From the NCBI GenBank assembly GCA_965215125.1, contig OZ244052.1, positions 1,152,001 through 1,216,000 on the forward strand: a stretch of DNA of 64,000 nt. The letters are read 5' to 3'. Origin of the DNA: an uncultured candidatus Porisulfidus sp. (GTDB lineage Bacteria > Pseudomonadota > Gammaproteobacteria > Poriferisulfidales > Oxydemutatoraceae). The stretch's first letter is position 1. Every line of letters begins with the position of its first letter. Positions 39,706 to 49,707 of the stretch are shown one piece after another. A program made the translations under genes and the position numbers. The notes beneath the pieces were generated by a model, which saw only the letters and a program-made list of their open reading frames with translations, did not search any database and was not told the DNA's origin.

Positions 39706-41874
39706 ATGACAAAAAAGTATCTCTTATTTTCGATGACCAAGCGTAAAACAGGTGTCGATAACGTGTTCAGGATGTTGAACCTTATCTTTAAGGAAGCCCG
39801 ACACCTAGATAGAATTCCCGTCATCGGAGAATTTACTATGAGCCCGACCCATAACTTAGGCGATAGCAGAGCCGACTTGCGTTTTGAAGATTACCTTGAT
39901 TTGTCAAACGGTATCACCGTTGAGCGTAAACAAGGATGTCATAGACCGACTGCATTTCGTCTAGATTGGATCAGAGAAGAAGAACTGGATTTAACTAATT
40001 ATTCGTCCGGCAAAGTATATAAACTTGCCGACGATGAAATCGTCGGCGAAGAAATGAACCGATGCTACGATGTGTTGATTCGCAGGGACCCGACATTTAA
40101 GTATGTTAGTGCTTATAAAGAATATAGATACGGCAACTACTTAATAGACTTTCCGTATTCGGAGAAAGTAAATAAACTTAGCGACGAGGTACTAGGTGCT
40201 TTGGGTATATCTCGCCAAGATACGATGGCAGCACAACATTATTTTCTAAATAAAGTAAATAGTAGCGAGTGGAATGCGCAGCATGACTGCATCCCTCTGG
40301 ATAAAGTTTATTACGCGTGTATGCATGTGCGTGCATCGATTCAAGACAGAGATCATGAACAACCCATATTCCCGTGTACGGCGGCTAAGGAGCAAATAGA
40401 ATCGGTGCTTAGATATGCCATCAGAAAAAAGTCACAGCTTTATATCATGTCCGATATACATCAACCCGACTTTTTTGATTTTCTAAAATCCGACTATCGG
40501 GTATATCGTTATTATGACTTTCCTAATTTAAGACGGCTGGTTTCGGGTGAGGGCGGCGAAAAAACAGATAATGTGATGCTCTATTTGGTTGAAAAAAATA
40601 TTATGAAGTATGCTACGGTTAAGATTTTACCGCCGCATAAAGGCCCAATGATTTATAACCTCAATACGGTTTATGATCTAACTCTCTTAAAGAAGCCATC
40701 GTCCAAGAGACTAATCTATAAAAAACTGCTAAAGAAACCGTTACCCACGAAACTATTTTTTGCGAAAACCCGAAAATCCCGGGTTACTACACGGGAAAAA
40801 TTAAATCCTAATTCGCTACCAATGTTTTTATTAAAAAATTTACTACCGAAGAAATACCTCTTGTTTTCGATGGCCGAGCGTAAAACGGGTGTCGACAACG
40901 TGTTTAGAATGTTGAACTTTATCTTTAAGGAAGCCCGACACCTAAATAGAATTCCTGTCATCGGAGAATTTACTATGAGCCCGACCCATAACTTAAGTAA
41001 TCTCAGAGCCGACTTGCGTTTTGAAGATTACCTTGATTTATCAAACAGCATCACCGTTAAATTTGAGCAAGGATGCCATAAATCTAGTACATTTTATCAA
41101 GGCTGGATTAAAGAAAAGGAACTGAATTTGGCTAACTATGCGCCCGACAAAATATATGACCTTGCCGACAATGAAATCGTCGGTGAAGAGATGAATCGAC
41201 GCTACGGTGTATTAATTCGTAGAGATCCGACATTTGATTATGTTAACACTTGCCAAAAATATAAACATAGCGACTACTTTATAGACTTTCCGTATTCGGA
41301 GAAAGTGAATAGACTCGTAGACGGGACGCTTAATATCCTAGGTATATCTCGTGAGGAGGCAATGACGGCACAACATTATTTTATAAATAGCACATACGAC
41401 GAGGTAAGCGACGAGCAGCACGTTGGCATTTCTTTAGATAAAGTTTATTATGCGTGTATGCATGTGCGTGCATCGATTAAAGATAGAGATTACGAGCAAC
41501 CGATATTTCCGTTTGCAGCATCAAAAGAGCAAATTAAATCGGTGTTGGAACATTCAATTAGCAAAGGTTCGCGAATCTATATCATGTCCGATATACATAG
41601 GCCTAAGTTTTTTGATTTTCTAAAATCCGACTACCGGATATACCGCTATTATGACTTTCCCGATTTAAGAAAACTTGTTTCGGGTGAGGGTGGCGGAAAA
41701 ATAGATAATGTGATGCTCTATTTGGTTGAAAAAAACATCATGAAGTATGCTACGGTTAAGATTTTACCGCCCCATAAAGGGCCGATGGTTTATCATCTCA
41801 ATACGGCCTACGACCTCTTGTTCTTAAAAGAGCCGCCGACAACGAGGGAAAGACAGGTTCCCGAATCGTTATAG
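39706..41874 (+). CDS. Putative O-fucosyltransferase-fold protein with two tandem domains (paralog 3)
   Basis: KKYLLFSM...MHVR...PPHKGPM unit occurs twice, joined by a Lys-rich linker. Confidence 0.55.
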   Translation: MTKKYLLFSMTKRKTGVDNVFRMLNLIFKEARHLDRIPVIGEFTMSPTHNLGDSRADLRFEDYLDLSNGITVERKQGCHRPTAFRLDWIREEELDLTNYSSGKVYKLADDEIVGEEMNRCYDVLIRRDPTFKYVSAYKEYRYGNYLIDFPYSEKVNKLSDEVLGALGISRQDTMAAQHYFLNKVNSSEWNAQHDCIPLDKVYYACMHVRASIQDRDHEQPIFPCTAAKEQIESVLRYAIRKKSQLYIMSDIHQPDFFDFLKSDYRVYRYYDFPNLRRLVSGEGGEKTDNVMLYLVEKNIMKYATVKILPPHKGPMIYNLNTVYDLTLLKKPSSKRLIYKKLLKKPLPTKLFFAKTRKSRVTTREKLNPNSLPMFLLKNLLPKKYLLFSMAERKTGVDNVFRMLNFIFKEARHLNRIPVIGEFTMSPTHNLSNLRADLRFEDYLDLSNSITVKFEQGCHKSSTFYQGWIKEKELNLANYAPDKIYDLADNEIVGEEMNRRYGVLIRRDPTFDYVNTCQKYKHSDYFIDFPYSEKVNRLVDGTLNILGISREEAMTAQHYFINSTYDEVSDEQHVGISLDKVYYACMHVRASIKDRDYEQPIFPFAASKEQIKSVLEHSISKGSRIYIMSDIHRPKFFDFLKSDYRIYRYYDFPDLRKLVSGEGGGKIDNVMLYLVEKNIMKYATVKILPPHKGPMVYHLNTAYDLLFLKEPPTTRERQVPESL

Positions 41875-41906
41875 ATAGTGCTCTTTTTGGATATAGAATA
41901 ATTGTT

Positions 41907-42794
41907 ATGTTGAAAGCAAACCTAAATTTCTCGGTTATTAAGTGCGTCTTGACGGTGGCTATTGCCTCGTTATTTGCTCTCTCCGAGGTGGGTGCCGATA
42001 TTGGTGAAGATCCTGCGTATCGTGAAGCGATAGAAAAATTTAACGATAGCGATTGGGAGGGGGCGCACCGTTTGTTCAAACGACTACAAGAAAATTATCC
42101 CGATGAACCGGCGATATTGAATAATCTTGCGGTTATTGCGGTTCACCAAAATCAACCCGCACTCGCAATCAAACTTCTAGAACATGCAATGTTAAGCCAC
42201 CCCACGCTTTCTATCAGCTATAAAAACTTACAATCTCTATATAATTATCAGGCCGCACAAGAATACAAGAAAGCACTATCTTTAGATTCATTAAAATTAA
42301 CCACGCCTAATCTACGACCCATCGGCATCCCGGAGTCAATTGATGACAGTGCCGTCAAAGAAGTGAGCGCAGCCGAACTGGTGCTGGCGGAAAAAACCAT
42401 AGAAAAACCTTTGGTCGAGGAAGCGCGCCCGGAACCTGACGATACCGATGAAGATCAAATCACAGCGAGCCTAAAACAATGGGCGGATGCATGGAGCCGC
42501 CAAGACTTAAACGCTTACTTTGACAGCTATATCAAAGATTATCGTCCGCGCTCGGGAACCGCACATCTGCGTTGGCGTAAACTGCGAGAGACGCGTATCG
42601 TCAATCCTCAATTCATCAATATTCGGATATCTAACCTTTCCGTTAAAAAACAAGACGATAACAATGCCACGCTCACATTCAAGCAGCATTATCAATCTAA
42701 TTTGTTGAAAAGTTCGGTCATTAAACAATTGGAGTTCTATAAAACCGAAGCCGGCTGGAAGATTAAATCCGAACGAGTCGTCAACCCGTCGTAG
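41907..42794 (+). CDS. Exported TPR protein with C-terminal NTF2-like (Csd6-type) domain
   Basis: Signal peptide, TPR (NNLAV), W..AWS.QD...Y..SY, F.Q.Y.S, W.I..E. Confidence 0.75.
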   Translation: MLKANLNFSVIKCVLTVAIASLFALSEVGADIGEDPAYREAIEKFNDSDWEGAHRLFKRLQENYPDEPAILNNLAVIAVHQNQPALAIKLLEHAMLSHPTLSISYKNLQSLYNYQAAQEYKKALSLDSLKLTTPNLRPIGIPESIDDSAVKEVSAAELVLAEKTIEKPLVEEARPEPDDTDEDQITASLKQWADAWSRQDLNAYFDSYIKDYRPRSGTAHLRWRKLRETRIVNPQFINIRISNLSVKKQDDNNATLTFKQHYQSNLLKSSVIKQLEFYKTEAGWKIKSERVVNPS

Positions 42795-42803
42795 TATCTA
42801 AAA

Positions 42804-43970
42804 ATGGGCAGGACAATTTTTTTATTATGGTGTTTTTTATCCTCGGTTGCGCCTGCCGATAATGAAGTAATAGAAAAAGAAACTGCGGAAATTAATTTGG
42901 CAAAGGCTTTTACTGCAATCTCTACGGGAGAAGTACAAAAAGCGAAGTCTATTTTGGTAGCTACTTTGGAACACCACCCGAACTTTCATCTTGCTAGAAT
43001 GGTCTACGCAGATCTGATTGCTGTTCAAGCACGGCATTCTCCTTTGTTGGCGGATCCTGTCGCACAGAGTAAGGCGCGTATTTCCGGGTTGGCCGAGGAA
43101 GCCGTTGCGCGTCTAGTGCAGAAGCCTCCCCAATCAAACGAGCTACCTGTCGATATCGTGCAGTTGTCGCAAAATCACCGGCATGTATTATTGTTTGATG
43201 CCGAGTACTCGCGTTTGTATGTATTCAAAAATCACCAAGGCACACCGCATTTAATTGCCGACTATTACGCATCCGCCGGCAAAGACGGCATGGATAAGGA
43301 GAGAGAAGGAGACAATCGCACGCCCAGCGGGGTATATAAAATCACTTATACTCTAGATGATGATCAATTGCCCGAACTCTATGGAATCGGAGCCTATGTG
43401 CTGAATTATCCCAACCGATGGGATCAAACTCTACGCCGTAGCGGTTCCGGTATATGGCTACACGGAGTTCCTCGTATCACCTACAGTCGCCCCCCCGAGA
43501 CCAGTCGCGGTTGCGTTGTTAGTAGCAACTCGGTCATGCAATGGCTGAAGGATTACATTAATCCGAGCAAAACGCCGGTGGTATTAGCAAACCGAGTGGA
43601 TTGGCTGGATACGGTGTCGTGGCAAGCACACCGAAAACAGTTATTATCAATGATAGAACAATGGCAAAGCGATTGGCAAAGTTTAGATGTAGAACGATAC
43701 CTAAAGCATTACTCTGCGCAATACCGAGATGTGAAACTTAATTATCAACAAATGTTGAACCAAACCCGACGTAACGCCGAGAAGAAAACCTTCGTTAAGG
43801 TAGCGATTAAAGAGATAGATTTATTCCGCTATTCAACGAAGCCGGAACGCTATATCGTGCATTTTGACCAAGACTATAAAAGCAATAACTACAATATCGC
43901 TTATCGCAAACAGCAAATTTGGCAACGCGAAAACGGCGAATGGAAAATTATTTTTGAAGGACGGGTATAA
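42804..43970 (+). CDS. L,D-transpeptidase/carboxypeptidase (YkuD) with NTF2-like C-terminal domain
   Basis: EGDNRTP.GVY, IWLHG, SRGCV. Confidence 0.88.
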   Translation: MGRTIFLLWCFLSSVAPADNEVIEKETAEINLAKAFTAISTGEVQKAKSILVATLEHHPNFHLARMVYADLIAVQARHSPLLADPVAQSKARISGLAEEAVARLVQKPPQSNELPVDIVQLSQNHRHVLLFDAEYSRLYVFKNHQGTPHLIADYYASAGKDGMDKEREGDNRTPSGVYKITYTLDDDQLPELYGIGAYVLNYPNRWDQTLRRSGSGIWLHGVPRITYSRPPETSRGCVVSSNSVMQWLKDYINPSKTPVVLANRVDWLDTVSWQAHRKQLLSMIEQWQSDWQSLDVERYLKHYSAQYRDVKLNYQQMLNQTRRNAEKKTFVKVAIKEIDLFRYSTKPERYIVHFDQDYKSNNYNIAYRKQQIWQRENGEWKIIFEGRV

Positions 43971-43982
43971 ACGACCGAATGT

Positions 43983-44822
43983 TTAGTCGGGTTGCGGCAC
44001 GTTATAGCGAAGCCAGCGCACTAGATCCACCCACATCGTGCGCAAATCATGATCGCCGGGCATATAACGCGACGATTTCAATTCTATCGTTAGCACCGGT
44101 ATCGCCAAATCCTCGCCGGCATAACGACCTAAAGAACCGGGAAAGGTTTTTAGGTCGCTGAACTTCAAAGAACCTAAAAAGTTGGGAGGCTTTACCGATG
44201 TGGGACCGTCGTAGTCAACCAAGCCGTAAGGCGCATGTAGTGAAACGATTACATCGGGTTGGAAATTTTTAATTTTCTTTTCCAGCCAACGACTCTCGCT
44301 TTCACTGCGCGCAAATTGTCCGGGATAACGACGTGGATCGCTACCGGTTTGCTGCATCCAATACGATAATGCCTCGCTTTCCCAATCGTCACTTGCCAAA
44401 TTTCTATTTAGATCTACCCCATTGGCATTGGTGCGCGTGGCAGGGCTTTGCAGCAAGCCGTCCAAGTTGATCGCCGGCGCAAAATGCCAGTGGAATAACC
44501 CCGAATGATGGCGGTCTAGTATTGCCATCCACTTAAAAGAGACGCTGAACGAGGCATACTCGTCTCCGTGAGTACCACCGATAAACAAAACCCGAGCTAG
44601 CGGTTGTCTGCTCTCCAGCGGTGGATATTCTTTATATAGAATGGCACGCCCTTGCCCGGTATAAGCACCGCTTCCGACGAGTTGCAAATCCAGACATTCC
44701 TGCACACTAACCGAAGACAGTTTATTGCCGAGCAAACGACACACTTGATGTACCTCGGTGTGCTCCTCTGCATAACCGAAAAATCTCGGAAGCAAAATCA
44801 ACATTAAAATCAATAATCGCAT
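43983..44822 (-). CDS. Murein peptide amidase A-like M14 carboxypeptidase
   Basis: GTHGDE, DLNRN, SLH, TIEL; start set at ATG 44822. Confidence 0.85.
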   Translation of the reverse strand: MRLLILMLILLPRFFGYAEEHTEVHQVCRLLGNKLSSVSVQECLDLQLVGSGAYTGQGRAILYKEYPPLESRQPLARVLFIGGTHGDEYASFSVSFKWMAILDRHHSGLFHWHFAPAINLDGLLQSPATRTNANGVDLNRNLASDDWESEALSYWMQQTGSDPRRYPGQFARSESESRWLEKKIKNFQPDVIVSLHAPYGLVDYDGPTSVKPPNFLGSLKFSDLKTFPGSLGRYAGEDLAIPVLTIELKSSRYMPGDHDLRTMWVDLVRWLRYNVPQPD

Positions 44823-44880
44823 AACTATAGCAAACGTTTTGTGAGAATTATATACCGTTGTCCGCCTACGGCAACCCACC

Positions 44881-44968
44881 ATAGAATCGCCGATTGAGCC
44901 GGTAGGTCAATCGGCAATTATGATGTCTGCCCGGTAGGTCAATCGGCGTGAGGTTGTGCAGCACCTTA
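44881..44968 (+). repeat. Partial module A copies (1.5 hairpins)
   Basis: CGCCGATTGAGCCGGTAGGTCAATCGGC at 44888-44915 plus a half copy at 44930-44948. Confidence 0.75.
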
Positions 44969-45021
44969 ACCCGTCGGGTAGCGCATGCATTGCAAAGTGC
45001 GTTAACCGCCAAGCAGCCCGT

Positions 45022-46716
45022 CTATCTGCGTGCTCGCATCCCGGGCATCCTACGAGCCAGCTTGGTATCGATTGATTTTGAATAGCGCGTGGTGATGGTG
45101 TTCAACGAGGAGATGTATTTGCCGAAGGCCGGCAAATAATCTCGCAGTTTGGCAAAGTCCGAACGTCTTATAAACATAAGGTGGCTCTCTTCGAGTGCGA
45201 TAAGACGCCCGGTGGTCAATATATCTTTTTCTATGGTGCGTTCACCGAAGTGGTCACCCGGCAAAATTTCCCTTTTGAACATTTTGCCGTCCTCTTCCAC
45301 TACTTCTAGTTGCAGACGACCTCTGACTACGGTGTATAGGCCGCGCAGTATTTGATTTTTTCCGGCTACGACATCGCCGGCCTTGAAACGCATGAAACAA
45401 GTACTGGAAGGCAGATGTTGTTGTACATGGACGATATTGCGAGGAATGAAGTAGTCGAACAACCAGTTGAGCGCAATGCGAATCCGTGAAACGGCACTGG
45501 GGAACATTGCCAAATAGATGGCCCGCCACAATGCCCAAGCGATAAAGCCCGAGATACGAAGGCCTTTGATCTCGGCAACGCCTCTATAATCACCGATGGA
45601 GGCAAGCGAGCCGCGAGGTTTATAGGAAAAGCCGGTGAGTGGGAGGTTGTGTATCTCTGCGACGATATTCGATGCTAAAAGGCGCGCCTGACGCACTGCA
45701 AACTGCGCAGTGGGCGGGCAAGGGTTAAACTCGTCAACCGCATTCGGGACCAGCGCAACATCGCCTAATGCCCAGATGTTGGAACAGCCGACTATACGCA
45801 ATTTGTCGTCTACCAACAATCTGCCGCGCTCGGTCGGAAAATCTAAGTTCTGCACCATTTTCGGCAGCGAATTTCCGACCGTGGAGACGACGGTTCTACA
45901 GCCGATGATCTGGCCGTTATCGAGTTCTACCGCATCGGCGGTCATTCCGGTAAGCATTGTGTTCGTGACAATCTCAATACCTCTGGCTTCAAGTTTGCGC
46001 TTAACATATTCCGAAAGTTTTTCACCCATCTCAGGCAGAATTCTATCGCCGCTATGCACGAGTACCATCCGTATCCGAGCTTTGCTTATGTGCGGATAGA
46101 AGCGTAAGGTGCGATGTATCATCTCCTGTAGCTCGCCGATTGTTTCGATGCCGGAAAATCCGCCGCCACCGACTACGAAACATAGATTCTTCGTAATAGC
46201 CTCTTCGTCTTTATCGCTGTCGGATTCTTCCAAACATTCGATAATATGGTTTCTAAGCAAATACGCGTCGGACAGATTCTTCATTGTCAGCGCGTGTTCG
46301 GTGAAACCCGGCAACTTAGACAACTCGGGCTTTAAGCCGGTAGCAATAACCAAGTGATCGAACGGTATTTCAATCAGCTTGGAATTGGTGCCTTGGGCAA
46401 CATAGACACACCGTCTGCCTTTATCTATATCTATCACCTCTGCCGAACGTACATCTATATCCTTGAGCATCAATCTGATCGGTGTCACCGCATCCTGTAT
46501 GTTGATGACCCCCGATGCAACTTCCGGCAATAACGGCTGGAAAACAAAATAATTTTCCCTATTGATAATCTCTATTTGGTGGTTTTTCCCTAGAATTTTA
46601 TGCAGGTATTTAGCCGTGTATGCTCCACCGAAACCTGCCCCGATAATAACGATACGCATTTTACGCCTTGTCATTGTCTTAGGCGTAGATCGACGACCAG
46701 TGGTTTTTGAGGCCAC
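45022..46716 (-). CDS. Type II NADH dehydrogenase-like flavoprotein with C-terminal cyclic-nucleotide-binding domain
   Basis: GAGFGG, FQPLL, GGGFSGIE, GD..., PPTAQ.A; C-terminal LYTVVRGRL...PGDHFGE. Confidence 0.85.
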   Translation of the reverse strand: MASKTTGRRSTPKTMTRRKMRIVIIGAGFGGAYTAKYLHKILGKNHQIEIINRENYFVFQPLLPEVASGVINIQDAVTPIRLMLKDIDVRSAEVIDIDKGRRCVYVAQGTNSKLIEIPFDHLVIATGLKPELSKLPGFTEHALTMKNLSDAYLLRNHIIECLEESDSDKDEEAITKNLCFVVGGGGFSGIETIGELQEMIHRTLRFYPHISKARIRMVLVHSGDRILPEMGEKLSEYVKRKLEARGIEIVTNTMLTGMTADAVELDNGQIIGCRTVVSTVGNSLPKMVQNLDFPTERGRLLVDDKLRIVGCSNIWALGDVALVPNAVDEFNPCPPTAQFAVRQARLLASNIVAEIHNLPLTGFSYKPRGSLASIGDYRGVAEIKGLRISGFIAWALWRAIYLAMFPSAVSRIRIALNWLFDYFIPRNIVHVQQHLPSSTCFMRFKAGDVVAGKNQILRGLYTVVRGRLQLEVVEEDGKMFKREILPGDHFGERTIEKDILTTGRLIALEESHLMFIRRSDFAKLRDYLPAFGKYISSLNTITTRYSKSIDTKLARRMPGMRARR

Positions 46717-46774
46717 GTATATGTTTTTTTGCTGTATAATGCACCACGAATCCCCTCCGAATAAAAATTAAGGC

Positions 46775-46808
46775 TTGCCTATAGGCTATCATTTCGTTTA
46801 TGATAGCC
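46775..46808 (+). promoter_or_regulatory. Probable rplM promoter overlapped by an inverted repeat
   Basis: TTGCCT-N18-TATGAT; GGCTATCAT-N7-ATGATAGCC palindrome at 46784-46808. Confidence 0.45.
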
Positions 46809-46856
46809 CATTACTTTGCAAGAAGGAAGTAAATAAAACCGATTAAGTGATTAAAA

Positions 46857-47285
46857 ATGAGAACATACAGCGCAAAGGCTAATGAAGTTAAACGCGATTG
46901 GTTTGTAGTTGATGCAACCGATCAACCACTCGGTAGGCTGGCATCCGAAGTGGCACGGCGTTTGCGCGGCAAACATAAGCCGCAGTTTACCCCGCATATA
47001 GATGTCGGTGATCACATCATCGTTATCAATGCCGAAAAAGTGGCGGTGTCGGGCAATAAAATGCGCAACAAAATGTATTATCGTCATAGTGGCTATATTG
47101 GTTCTCTAAAATCACAATCTTTGCAGAAGTTGTTGGAAGAGCATCCCGAGCGAGTGATAGAAAAAGCCGTCAAGGGCATGTTGCCGAGAAATTCTCTGGG
47201 GCGTGCGATATTCGCTAAACTTCGGGTGTACGCCGGCGGCGCGCACCGACACGACGCACAACAGCCACAAACACTGAGGATTTAA
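46857..47285 (+). CDS. rplM: 50S ribosomal protein L13
   Basis: LGRLAS, GKHKP.FTPH.D.GD, KGMLP. Confidence 0.99.
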   Translation: MRTYSAKANEVKRDWFVVDATDQPLGRLASEVARRLRGKHKPQFTPHIDVGDHIIVINAEKVAVSGNKMRNKMYYRHSGYIGSLKSQSLQKLLEEHPERVIEKAVKGMLPRNSLGRAIFAKLRVYAGGAHRHDAQQPQTLRI

Positions 47286-47287
47286 CG

Positions 47288-47782
47288 ATGGCAAAAGAGG
47301 CGGAAACAAAAGCAAAGACCAAAACGGTGAAAACAGAAATGAAAATGGAAACAAAAGCAGCGGAAACAAAAACGAAAGCAAAAAAAGAAACCGGCAAGCG
47401 TTATTACGGCACCGGGCGGCGTAAAGCGTCGGTCGCTCGAGTTTATGTAACGACCAAAGGTTCCGGCAAAATGCGAGTGAACCAGCGCGATGTGAACGAT
47501 TACTTTAGCCGTGAGACGACTCGTATGTTAATTCATCAGCCGTTACAAGCCGTCGATAGCAAGAAGAAATTTGATTTTGAAATCACCGTCAAAGGCGGTG
47601 GGATTAGCGGACAAGCGGGAGCGATACAACTAGGAATCGCTCGTGCTTTGGTTCAACACGATGAAAATTTCAGACAGCTTTTGCGCGACAAAGGTTTTCT
47701 GACTCGCGACGCACGTGTCGTCGAGCGTAAGAAAGTCGGCTTGCGCAAGGCGCGCAAGGATGTGCAATACTCTAAACGTTAA
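47288..47782 (+). CDS. rpsI: 30S ribosomal protein S9 with K/T/E/A-rich N-terminal extension
   Basis: YGTGRRK, GGG.SGQAGA, QYSKR. Confidence 0.98.
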   Translation: MAKEAETKAKTKTVKTEMKMETKAAETKTKAKKETGKRYYGTGRRKASVARVYVTTKGSGKMRVNQRDVNDYFSRETTRMLIHQPLQAVDSKKKFDFEITVKGGGISGQAGAIQLGIARALVQHDENFRQLLRDKGFLTRDARVVERKKVGLRKARKDVQYSKR

Positions 47783-47790
47783 ATAGAATT

Positions 47791-48174
47791 ATGTATGCGA
47801 TTATTCAAACCGGTGGCAAACAGTATAAGGTTTCTAAAGGAGACAGTATAGAGGTTGAATTGTTGCCTGCCGACGTCGACAGCAAGGTGAACTTTGACAA
47901 AGTTTTGATGCTAAACGACGAGGGCCGTGTAGAAATAGGCGCACCCTATCTGGAAAATGCGCAGGTCTCCGGCAAAGTCGTACGCTCGGCAAAGAAAGAT
48001 AAAATCAAAGTGGTCAAGTTCAGAAGGCGCAAACGCTACACGCGCACCGCAGGACACCGCCAGTCGTTTAGCGAAATAGAAATTACCGATATTCAAAGAT
48101 CACCGGAAAACGATAAGGAAGAAATGAAAAGTTCTGAGCCTGAAAAAACACCGGGAGAAGAAAATGGCACATAA
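47791..48174 (+). CDS. rplU: 50S ribosomal protein L21
   Basis: [17 protein letters not shown]. Confidence 0.98.
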   Translation: MYAIIQTGGKQYKVSKGDSIEVELLPADVDSKVNFDKVLMLNDEGRVEIGAPYLENAQVSGKVVRSAKKDKIKVVKFRRRKRYTRTAGHRQSFSEIEITDIQRSPENDKEEMKSSEPEKTPGEENGT

Positions 48175-48421
48175 AAAAGCAGGTGGCAGTACCCGAAACG
48201 GGCGCGATTCACAATCCAAACGCTTGGGTGTTAAGCGATTCGGTGGTGAAATTGTCAAAGCCGGCAATATATTGATACGCCAACGCGGCACCCGATTTCA
48301 TGCCGGCACCAATGTAGGATGCGGTAAAGATTACACGCTCTACGCACTCTCCGACGGACGAGTGATATTTGAGTGCAAAGGTCCCCTCAAAAAAAGCTAC
48401 ATTAGCATCTCCCCTACCTAA
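48164..48421 (+). CDS. rpmA: 50S ribosomal protein L27
   Basis: [16 protein letters not shown]. Confidence 0.99.
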   Translation: MAHKKAGGSTRNGRDSQSKRLGVKRFGGEIVKAGNILIRQRGTRFHAGTNVGCGKDYTLYALSDGRVIFECKGPLKKSYISISPT

Positions 48422-48428
48422 ATGGCAG

Positions 48429-48655
48429 TGCCGATTGAGCCGGTAGGTAAATCGGCGTAACTCCGCGCAGCATCTTGACATGGGTATGTAGGTCGAACAA
48501 GCTAGGGCTTGTTCTTATAAGTGCAAAGTAGTTTTTGCATTTTGTAATATTTGAGTTGCCAATGTGTTAGGGTTCTGCAGAACATTACACCACTTGTGCT
48601 ACCGCAACAAGTGGTGTTTCTATTTGTGGGATGCCGATACTTTTTCAACAGCGGC
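48429..48655. repeat. Cluster of module A remnants (both hairpin variants, opposite orientation) plus an IS1182-type end remnant
   Basis: GCCGATTGAGCCGGTAGGTAAATCGGC at 48430-48456; CACCACTTGTGCTACCGCAACAAGTGGTG at 48588-48616; TACTTTTTCAACAGC at 48638. Confidence 0.7.
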
Positions 48656-48675
48656 ATGTACTATACTATCTTAAA

Positions 48676-49707
48676 ATGAAGTTTGTAGACGAAGCCGCTA
48701 TTACGGTACAGGCAGGAAAAGGCGGCGACGGTTGTGTTAGCTTTCGCCGAGAACGATGCTTGCCACACGGCGGACCGGACGGTGGCGACGGTGGCGACGG
48801 TGGTTCGGTGTATCTGGTCGGCGACGAAGGACTGAACACGCTTGCCGATTTAAGACATCGGCCGCTATTCAAAGCAACCGACGGCATCAGAGGGCAAGGC
48901 TCCAACCGTTGCGGCAAGCAGGGTGACGACTTGCTGGTGCGGGTGCCGACCGGCACTGCCGTGTATCATCGTGAAACCGGTGAACTCATCGGCGATGTTT
49001 TGGAACACCGAAAAAAATTACTCGTTGCCGACGGCGGCAGGCACGGTTTGGGGAACACGCGCTTTAAATCGTCCACCAACCGCACCCCGAGACAATTCAC
49101 GCACGGCGAAGCCGGCGAATGTCGCGAGCTTTATTTGGAATTAAAGCTACTCGCCGATGTCGGATTACTCGGTTTGCCGAATGCCGGCAAATCCACATTG
49201 CTCGGTGCAATCAGTTCGGCGCGTCCGCGTATTGCCGACTATCCTTTCACTACACTATATCCTGCCTTGGGCGTGGTTAGCGCATCCGAATACCGAAGTT
49301 TTGTGGTTGCCGATATTCCCGGGCTCATAGAAGGTGCTTCCGAAGGTGTGGGTTTGGGCGTACAATTTCTAAGACATTTGCAAAGAACAAAGTTATTATT
49401 GCACTTACTCGATATCAGCACGGTGGAATCGGTGGCAGCGGCAGCGCATAATATACATTGCATAGAAAAGGAATTATCTTGTTTTGATGCAGAATTAGGT
49501 GCTAAAGAACGATGGCTGGTCTGCACCAAAACCGACAACATGGCGGACGACAAAGTAGAAGCCTTTCGCGAACAATTAGTTCGAGACATTCACTTTGCAC
49601 AACCATGTTTTACAATTTCTGCAATCAGCGGGAAGGGACTTCCCGAATTGATAAATGCCGTCTCCAACCGTTTGGAACAGATGAATTATGGAAAAACAGA
49701 AAGTTAA
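48676..49707 (+). CDS. obgE: GTPase ObgE
   Basis: MKFVDE, Gly-rich Obg fold, GLPNAGKS, YPFTT, DIPG. Confidence 0.98.
   Translation: MKFVDEAAITVQAGKGGDGCVSFRRERCLPHGGPDGGDGGDGGSVYLVGDEGLNTLADLRHRPLFKATDGIRGQGSNRCGKQGDDLLVRVPTGTAVYHRETGELIGDVLEHRKKLLVADGGRHGLGNTRFKSSTNRTPRQFTHGEAGECRELYLELKLLADVGLLGLPNAGKSTLLGAISSARPRIADYPFTTLYPALGVVSASEYRSFVVADIPGLIEGASEGVGLGVQFLRHLQRTKLLLHLLDISTVESVAAAAHNIHCIEKELSCFDAELGAKERWLVCTKTDNMADDKVEAFREQLVRDIHFAQPCFTISAISGKGLPELINAVSNRLEQMNYGKTES

Noticed and set aside
41907-44822. TPR / L,D-transpeptidase / MpaA cluster as a novel system
   Set aside because: It matches an ordinary peptidoglycan-remodelling gene set with recognisable motifs.
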